From Anaerosoma tenue (GTDB lineage: Bacteria; Actinomycetota; Coriobacteriia; Anaerosomatales; Anaerosomataceae), in assembly GCF_023161965.1 (NCBI RefSeq), contig NZ_JALNTY010000002.1, positions 188,552 through 212,551 of the forward strand: DNA of 24,000 nt. The letters are read 5' to 3'. The translations under genes were made by a program, and so were the position numbers. Below the pieces are notes generated by a model. That model was not told the origin of the DNA. It saw only the letters and a list, made by a program, of their open reading frames with translations, and made no database searches. Positions 9,084 to 14,779 of this stretch are shown here, in pieces. Position 1 is the stretch's first letter. Every line of letters starts with the position of its first letter.

Positions 9084-9461
9084 ATGAAGGGGAATCGCGG
9101 GCGTGATACCAGGCCCGAGGTAGAGCTTCGGCGCCTACTGCGCGAGGCGGGATTCCCCGGCTACCGGCTCCACTGGAAGAAGGCTCCCGGCCACCCGGAC
9201 ATCGCCTACCCTGGCCGCAAGGTCGCGATCTTCGTGAACGGCTGCTTCTGGCACCGTTGTCCACACTGCAAGCCGCCACTTCCGAAGTCACACGTCGATT
9301 ACTGGCAGAAGAAGTTCGACCTGAACGTGGAACGGGACGCCCGCAAGACAGCGGAGCTGGAGGGTGCGGGATGGACGGTGGTCACGGTATGGGAGTGCCA
9401 GCTGCAGCAGGAGCCGCGCTCGGTCATAGCACGACTCTCAAGGATCCTGGACCCCTCTTAG
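9084..9461 (+). CDS. vsr: Very-short-patch repair endonuclease (Vsr)
   Basis: Frame of ORF 8955..9461. Sequence: MKGNRGRDTRPEVELRRLLREAGFPGYRLHWKKAPGHPDIAYPGRKVAIFVNGCFWHRCPHC...GWTVVTVWEC. The start is uncertain. In-frame TTG 9039 (17-nt overlap with dcm) would add ...AAVTRS, and the RS preceding M matches the usual Vsr N-terminal RSxxM pattern. Confidence 0.88.
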   Translation: MKGNRGRDTRPEVELRRLLREAGFPGYRLHWKKAPGHPDIAYPGRKVAIFVNGCFWHRCPHCKPPLPKSHVDYWQKKFDLNVERDARKTAELEGAGWTVVTVWECQLQQEPRSVIARLSRILDPS

Positions 9462-10822
9462 GAGTCTCTGTTCGTGACGAGCTGCCGCGCCATGTAGCGC
9501 TGGTTCAACCAGAAGGAACGACGCACCGCACGCCCTCCAGAAGGCGTTGGGAGGGTATCCTGGGCGTTCCTGCCGTGGGGCCGTACATGACACATCTCCT
9601 CGTCTGCTGATCTCGGAAGATAGTCCAACTTGTCCTCTCGGATGAGGTCCACGGTGGCCTCGAAGCACTCCCGGGCATGTGTGTCGACGTCTCTAATGGG
9701 CGGCGTCCAGAACTGGGTTCTCAGCAGGCGGGGTACACCATCCGCGCCCAACTGATAGATGACGAAGAAGAACCTTCGTGTGAGATTCTCTCGGAGATCC
9801 GAGTCCTCCCAGTTCTGACCGATCAGGTCGAGGTAGCTGAACGCCTTGAAGGACACGGCCTCCTTTGGCACGCTATCAGGTCTCAGCCGTATCGTCCGCA
9901 CGATGATGTCGGCCTTCTCGAACTCAGCGATCTTCCTGTCGGGCTCAACGCCGAGGATGCGTTTGGTCAGAAGATGGTAGAAGGCCTTCGCGCTACGGTT
10001 CACTCGTACATCCAACTGCTCCGCAATCTCAGGCGCCGTCATGCCGATGAACGGTCTGAAGCGTTCATGGACCACGTCCTCGAGAGTACGCCCGGACCTG
10101 AGCTCATCGGTGGAGACCGCGGACTGCATCTCCAGACTCTCCTCGATGACCGAGTTCATGTAGCTCGCCTTGAAGGAGAATGCTCTAGGCTTGGCAGGCT
10201 CGGCGGAGTGAGGCTGACTACGTCGATCGCTGCCTTTCGAACCCTTCGTGCAGGCGGCGAGGTACATCGTGTCGCCCTCGGACAACTCATGTGCTCGACC
10301 GTCACGGATCTTCGCGACGATGGCCTCCCAGTCGTCACGGATGATCTCGAGGTCCTCCTCTGGGGGCGACCAGAGCCGCGCAATCTTGAACACGTAGTCG
10401 AGCGGTGCGCGGCCCTCTTCCCAAAGGTAGATCATGAGCAGGAGAAGGTCGTTCTTCGACTTGAAGGAGCTGCTCTCCCAGTTCTCGCCGCAGACCACAT
10501 CGTAATCGATCATCTGCAGCACGAGTCGTTCCTTCGCCCGAAGCCTCTTGCCGACACGCTTCACCGGCGTCGTCTTCAGCTCGACACCGGCTTCGGTGAA
10601 GTCAGGCTCTGAGATGTTACCTGGGTTGATTCCGAAGTATCCACGCTCGACCAGGTCTCCCAGTCCACCCTTGCCGGCACCCGACTGATACGTGATCTGC
10701 TGGTCACCTGGAAGAAGGTCCCTGAGGCAGTGCCCTACGAGGCGCTTCGCATATGCCTCGATCGAAGCAGGGTCCGACGGGTCGTAGTCCCGCTGGTGCG
10801 CGACCATTGCTCTCCTTCTCAT
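9458..10822 (-). CDS. Type II restriction endonuclease, Sau3AI / MutH family (454 aa; GATC specificity predicted by family)
   Basis: Frame of ORF 9458..11314. Start moved to ATG (complement of 10820..10822), with SD GAGGGGA 6 nt upstream. MutH-type catalytic region EPDFTEAGVELKTTP...KERLVLQMIDY. Strong collinear similarity to Sau3AI as I recall that sequence: DWEAIVAKIRDGRAHELSEGDTMYLAACTKGS, PRAFSFKASYMNSVI, MCHVRPHGRN, RRSFWLNQRYM. The upstream 164 codons of the track ORF are antisense to yegP. Confidence 0.9.
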   Translation of the reverse strand: MRRRAMVAHQRDYDPSDPASIEAYAKRLVGHCLRDLLPGDQQITYQSGAGKGGLGDLVERGYFGINPGNISEPDFTEAGVELKTTPVKRVGKRLRAKERLVLQMIDYDVVCGENWESSSFKSKNDLLLLMIYLWEEGRAPLDYVFKIARLWSPPEEDLEIIRDDWEAIVAKIRDGRAHELSEGDTMYLAACTKGSKGSDRRSQPHSAEPAKPRAFSFKASYMNSVIEESLEMQSAVSTDELRSGRTLEDVVHERFRPFIGMTAPEIAEQLDVRVNRSAKAFYHLLTKRILGVEPDRKIAEFEKADIIVRTIRLRPDSVPKEAVSFKAFSYLDLIGQNWEDSDLRENLTRRFFFVIYQLGADGVPRLLRTQFWTPPIRDVDTHARECFEATVDLIREDKLDYLPRSADEEMCHVRPHGRNAQDTLPTPSGGRAVRRSFWLNQRYMARQLVTNRDS

Positions 10823-10942
10823 CGTGGTCCCCTCAACGAACCACACGCGTCGAAGATGCGCAAATCGCAACTGACACAGGAGCCCGCCCCCCCCTCCCTT
10901 CGGGTACGTACCTGACATAGCCCTCTCCCGAAAGGAGCCGTC

Positions 10943-11284
10943 ATGCCAGGCAAGTTCGTCCTTGCGCTCGCCAAGAACGGCGAGTTCACCTTCAACCTCA
11001 AGGCAGGCAACAGCCAGACGATTCTCACCAGCGAGACCTACAAGGCGAAGAAGAGCGCACTCAACGGCATCGAGTCGGTGCGCACCAACGGCGTGATGGA
11101 CGAGCACTTCGAGCGCCGGGTCGCCAAGGACGGTCGTCCGTACTTCGTGCTCAAGGCCAGCAACGGCCAAGAGATCGGCCGCAGCCAGATGTACGCTTCG
11201 AGCGCTACCATGGAGAAGGGCATCGCCTCGGTGAAGAACAACGCGCAGAACGCCGTGGTGGAGGACACCACCGTAGAAGCGTAG
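10943..11284 (+). CDS. yegP: YegP / DUF1508 (UPF0339) tandem-domain protein (113 aa)
   Basis: Two repeats of the DUF1508 signature: FTFNLKAGNSQTILTSETYKAKKSALNGIESVRTNG and YFVLKASNGQEIGRSQMYASSATMEKGIASVKNN. SD AAAGGAG (10931..10937) lies 5 nt upstream. Confidence 0.9.
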   Translation: MPGKFVLALAKNGEFTFNLKAGNSQTILTSETYKAKKSALNGIESVRTNGVMDEHFERRVAKDGRPYFVLKASNGQEIGRSQMYASSATMEKGIASVKNNAQNAVVEDTTVEA

Positions 11285-11352
11285 GGACGCGTTGCATCTG
11301 CATACGGCGCGCATGACCCGCCTGACACGTCCGCGCCCGCGAGAGGACCGCT

Positions 11353-12369
11353 GTGAGCCTACGCCTGCTTGAGTTCGTGGTCCGGCCAGACCGGGTCGAA
11401 GACATCACCGCGCTGCTCGAGGACAAGAACATCCACCATATGTGGGTGACCGAGTCGAACGACTCGTCCGCGGCCGTCAGGATCCTGCTCGATGCGGAGG
11501 CCGTCGAGGAGATCACGGATCTGCTGGCCGACCGCATGGGTCGCGATGAGGATCACCGCATGGTGCTGGTCGCCGTAGAGGCAACGGTACCGCGCATCGA
11601 AGAGCCGCCCGAGGAAGAGGCCGAAGAAGAGTCGGCCGAAGAGAAGGAGAAGCGCGCCCTCCGGATCAGCCGCGAGGAACTCTACGAAGACCTCAAGTCG
11701 GGCACCCGGCTCACCCCGTCGTACGCAGCGATGGTGGCGCTCTCCACGGTGGTGGCGGCTGTGGGCCTCGTGAGCGGTGATGTGGCGATAATCATCGGCG
11801 CCATGGTCATCGCCCCGCTCCTCGGTCCCACGATGGCGCTGGCGTTCGCCAACACGCTGGGCGACACCGCGCTCACCAAGGGTGCCTTGAAGACGATGGC
11901 GGTGGCGTTCGCCATCGCGGCGGCGATCTCGCTCGCGCTCGGCGTGATACTCGATGTGGACCCCGCAGCGCCGGAGATCGCCTCGCGCATCGGCGCCGGG
12001 TTCGGCAACATCGCGCTCGCGCTCGCGGCGGGCGCGGCAGGCTCGCTGGCGTTCACCACCGGCGTGCCCGCAGCGCTGGTAGGCGTGATGGTTGCGGTGG
12101 CGCTGCTCCCGCCGCTCACCGCCGCGGGTCTCCTGGCGGGTGACGGCCATCTCCAGCAGTCGCTCGGCGCACTCTTGCTCCTGGTGACCAACGTCGCCTC
12201 GATCAGCATCGCGGCGATGGCCACGTTCGCGATACAGCGCGTGCGGCCCCGTACCTGGTGGGAGGCCGAGCAGGCCACCAAGGCGCGCAGGACCGCGATC
12301 ATCGCCTGGGCGATCACGCTGGCGATCCTCGCCGCGATCATCGCGTTCGGGCAGGTTTCGGCGGTCTAG
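11353..12369 (+). CDS. DUF389 / TIGR00341-family membrane protein (338 aa)
   Basis: GTG start, with GAGAGGA at 11341..11347. Soluble N-terminal ~70 aa, Glu-rich linker EEPPEEEAEEESAEEKEK, then a hydrophobic domain with DVAIIIGAMVIAPLLGPTMALAFA and VMVAVALLPPLTAAG, typical of DUF389. Confidence 0.85.
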   Translation: MSLRLLEFVVRPDRVEDITALLEDKNIHHMWVTESNDSSAAVRILLDAEAVEEITDLLADRMGRDEDHRMVLVAVEATVPRIEEPPEEEAEEESAEEKEKRALRISREELYEDLKSGTRLTPSYAAMVALSTVVAAVGLVSGDVAIIIGAMVIAPLLGPTMALAFANTLGDTALTKGALKTMAVAFAIAAAISLALGVILDVDPAAPEIASRIGAGFGNIALALAAGAAGSLAFTTGVPAALVGVMVAVALLPPLTAAGLLAGDGHLQQSLGALLLLVTNVASISIAAMATFAIQRVRPRTWWEAEQATKARRTAIIAWAITLAILAAIIAFGQVSAV

Positions 12370-12387
12370 CGGCGGAGGGGTGCGGCC

Positions 12388-12843
12388 GTGACTTCTGCGC
12401 AGCGGAACGGGGACCTGCGAGCCTGGCTTGCACGGCTCGCCGTGGGCGCGGTCTTCGCCGTGAACGTACAGAGCGCGGTGGTGTTCCTCGCGTATCCCGG
12501 GCGCTACGCTCCCGGATTCGAACTCGCGGGAGTGGCGGGCGAGGCGGCCGTGCGAGGCCTTGGCGTCGCCTTCCTGATGTGGAACGCCACCTATCCCCTT
12601 GTGATCTGGCGTCCGCGGAGGCACCGCACGCTCTTTGGCGTCGTGCTCGCACAGCAGGCGATCGGCCTCCTCGGCGAATCGTGGATCCGGGCGACGCTGC
12701 CATCGGGACACGCCACGCTCGCCGCCGGGATCGAGCGATTCATCCTCTTTGATGCCATCGGACTTCTTGTGATGCTCGCCACATTCATCGCCCTCGGCGG
12801 TGATTCAAGCCAGGCGGATGGGGATACCATCAAGGAAAGCTAA
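12388..12843 (+). CDS. Hypothetical 4-TM membrane protein (151 aa); I recognise no family
   Basis: GTG start 7 nt after SD GGAGGGG (12374..12380), 18 nt after the DUF389 stop. Four hydrophobic segments: LARLAVGAVFAVNVQSAVVFLAY, AAVRGLGVAFLMWNATYPLVIW, TLFGVVLAQQAIGLLGESWI, FILFDAIGLLVMLATFIALGG. Coding status rests on SD, spacing and operon context only. Confidence 0.7.
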   Translation: MTSAQRNGDLRAWLARLAVGAVFAVNVQSAVVFLAYPGRYAPGFELAGVAGEAAVRGLGVAFLMWNATYPLVIWRPRRHRTLFGVVLAQQAIGLLGESWIRATLPSGHATLAAGIERFILFDAIGLLVMLATFIALGGDSSQADGDTIKES

Positions 12844-12865
12844 GCCTGCGACGGAAGGGGTGCAC

Positions 12866-13624
12866 GTGGACAGTGATTCCCGCTTCAAAAGGCTTCGGAT
12901 CTACAACATCGTGATGGGGTTGTTCCACCTGGGTCAGGGCGCGGCCATCATGGCGCTTGCCGAGCCGTACGCCATCCAGGTGACGGCATCGTGGTTGAGC
13001 GTGCGCCCGGGTCCCGGCGTGTACAGCCCGCCGCAGGAGTACTTCCAGTTCGACCTCGGTATGGGGGTGGCGCTCTTCCTGTTCTTCTCGGCGCTGGCGC
13101 ACTTCGTGATCGCCGGTCCGGCGTACGCCAAGTACGTCGAAGGCCTGAAGAACAACCACAACTACTACCGCTGGATCGAGTACGCGTTCAGCTCGTCGCT
13201 GATGGTCATCCTCATCGCATCGCTGGTGGGCATCACCGACATCGCGGCGCTCACCGCGATCTTCGGCGTGAACGCGTCGATGATCCTTTTCGGCTGGCTG
13301 ATGGAGAAGTACGAGCAGCCCGGCAAGCCCGACTGGACGGCGTTCATCTTCGGCTGCATCGCGGGAATCTTCCCGTGGATCGCTATCGCCGACTACCTGT
13401 GGGGCCCCGGCGCAAGCGACATGACCCCCACGTTCGTGTACTGGATCTTCGTGTCGATGTTCGTGTTCTTCAACAGCTTCGCGGTGAACCAGGTGTTGCA
13501 GTACAAGCAGGTGGCCAAGTGGAAGGACTACCTCTTCGGCGAGGCCACGTACGTGTTCCTGAGCCTCACCGCCAAGTCGCTCCTGGCCTGGCTCGTGTTC
13601 GCTAACGTGCTCATCCCGCAGTAG
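12866..13624 (+). CDS. Heliorhodopsin (252 aa)
   Basis: Frame of ORF 12800..13624. Start placed at GTG 12866, 5 nt after GGAAGGGG (12853..12860); GTG 12860 is possible. Full-length collinear match to the heliorhodopsin family: GLFHLGQ, ALAHFVI, YRWIEYAFSSSLMVILIA (counterion Glu, codon 13178..13180), FGVNASMILFGWLMEKY, FGCIAGIFPWI, FFNSFAVNQVLQYK, LSLTAKSLLAW (retinal Lys, codon 13574..13576). Confidence 0.93.
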   Translation: MDSDSRFKRLRIYNIVMGLFHLGQGAAIMALAEPYAIQVTASWLSVRPGPGVYSPPQEYFQFDLGMGVALFLFFSALAHFVIAGPAYAKYVEGLKNNHNYYRWIEYAFSSSLMVILIASLVGITDIAALTAIFGVNASMILFGWLMEKYEQPGKPDWTAFIFGCIAGIFPWIAIADYLWGPGASDMTPTFVYWIFVSMFVFFNSFAVNQVLQYKQVAKWKDYLFGEATYVFLSLTAKSLLAWLVFANVLIPQ

Positions 13625-13646
13625 AGGGACCCGATCCGTTCGCAAC

Positions 13647-13675
13647 AGGGCGTCGCGCGCCACGCGCGGCGCCCT
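13647..13675 (+). terminator. Strong GC hairpin terminating the DUF389 / 4-TM / heliorhodopsin cluster
   Basis: AGGGCGTCGCGCG-cca-CGCGCGGCGCCCT: 13-bp stem with one G-U pair and a 3-nt loop, 22 nt after the stop. No U-tract. Confidence 0.6.
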
Positions 13676-13741
13676 TGCGCGTGCCGCGAAGTGGCCGCGC
13701 CCTGGCTTCGCCACACGCCCCGCTCGTCGTACCATGGACGC

Positions 13742-14779
13742 ATGCCAGCACCCGCGCCCGACATCCGCACACTCCTCCCGCCACGCTCGGTGGTGCTCGG
13801 CCCGATGGCCGGGGTGACCGAGGCGCCGTTCCGCGGCATCTGCAAGCGCATGGGCGCCACCCTCACTTACACCGAGATGATCAGCGCCAAGGGGCTGCAC
13901 TACAACCCCGACTCCCGCGTCTCCCGTGAGCTGCTCACGTTCGATCCCGCCGAGGCGCCCTGCGGCGTGCAGCTCTTCGGCTCGGATCCCGCGATCATGG
14001 CCGACCGGGCCGCCTGGGTGTGCGCCGAGTACGGCGACGACGTGGCGCTCATCGACATCAACATGGGCTGTCCGGTCACCAAGGTGGTGAGCAACGGCGA
14101 GGGCAGCGCCCTGATGCGCACGCCGGAGCTGGCGGCCGAGATCGTGTCCCGCGTGGCTGCGGCTGTGCCGGTGCCGGTGACCGCCAAGTTCCGCGCCGGC
14201 TGGGATGCCGACGAGATCAACGCCGTGGAGTTCGCCAAGACGATGGAAGCCGCCGGCGCAGCGGCGCTGTGCGTGCACGGGCGCACACGCAAGCAGTTCT
14301 ACCAGGGCGCTGCCGACTGGGACGTGATCGCGGCCGTGAAGACCGCTGTGGACGTTCCCGTGATCGGCAGCGGCGACGTGTTCTCCGCCACGGATGCGGC
14401 GGCGATGCTGGAGCGCACCGGGGTGGACGCCGTGATGGTGGCGCGCGGCGCGCAGGGCGACCCGTGGATCTTCCGCGAGGCCCGCGCGCTCCTGGACCGC
14501 GGCGAGACCCTCCCACCGCCCACGCCGCTGGAGCGCGTGGAAATGGCGCGAGAACACGCCCGGGCGCTCGTGGCGTTCGCCGGCGAGCATGCCGTGACAC
14601 GCATGCGCAAGCACATCGGCTGGTACATCGTGGGCATGCCAGGCGCGCGCCACGTTCGCGAGCGTGTGAACCACGTGACCACCTCGGCAGAGCTGGATTC
14701 GCTCCTCGGGGAATATGAGGGGTATCTTCAGCACACCGGCAGCACTGACGATGCGGACACCTCACATGACGAAGCGTAA
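13742..14779 (+). CDS. dusB: tRNA-dihydrouridine synthase (DusB-like, 345 aa)
   Basis: Frame of ORF 13691..14779. Start at ATG 13742; the GTG at 13691 lies immediately after the terminator and is unlikely. Motifs: VLGPMAGVTEAPFRGI, DINMGCPVTKVV (catalytic Cys), AKFRAGW, LCVHGRTRKQ. There is no SD. A TACCAT at 13728..13733 could mean a leaderless mRNA. Confidence 0.9.
   Translation: MPAPAPDIRTLLPPRSVVLGPMAGVTEAPFRGICKRMGATLTYTEMISAKGLHYNPDSRVSRELLTFDPAEAPCGVQLFGSDPAIMADRAAWVCAEYGDDVALIDINMGCPVTKVVSNGEGSALMRTPELAAEIVSRVAAAVPVPVTAKFRAGWDADEINAVEFAKTMEAAGAAALCVHGRTRKQFYQGAADWDVIAAVKTAVDVPVIGSGDVFSATDAAAMLERTGVDAVMVARGAQGDPWIFREARALLDRGETLPPPTPLERVEMAREHARALVAFAGEHAVTRMRKHIGWYIVGMPGARHVRERVNHVTTSAELDSLLGEYEGYLQHTGSTDDADTSHDEA

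Noticed and set aside
7590-11300. Mobile-element call for the R-M island
   Set aside because: No integrase, transposase, tRNA target or flanking direct or inverted repeats could be found. Only the compositional shift supports foreign origin, so it is reported as a finding rather than a mobile_element feature.
10823-11314. N-terminal 164-codon extension of the endonuclease ORF in the track
   Set aside because: The extension is antisense to the well-supported yegP gene and has no similarity to Sau3AI. An internal ATG at 10822 has a good SD and aligns with the family N-terminus.
12505-12530. tRNA T-arm-like string ggattcgaactcgcggg
   Set aside because: It lies inside the 4-TM CDS. I found no acceptor, D or anticodon arms around it, so it is not a tRNA.
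12830-14734. 634-aa minus-strand ORF
   Set aside because: It is antisense to both the heliorhodopsin and dusB, whose family signatures are unambiguous. It also crosses a terminator hairpin and has no recognisable domain.
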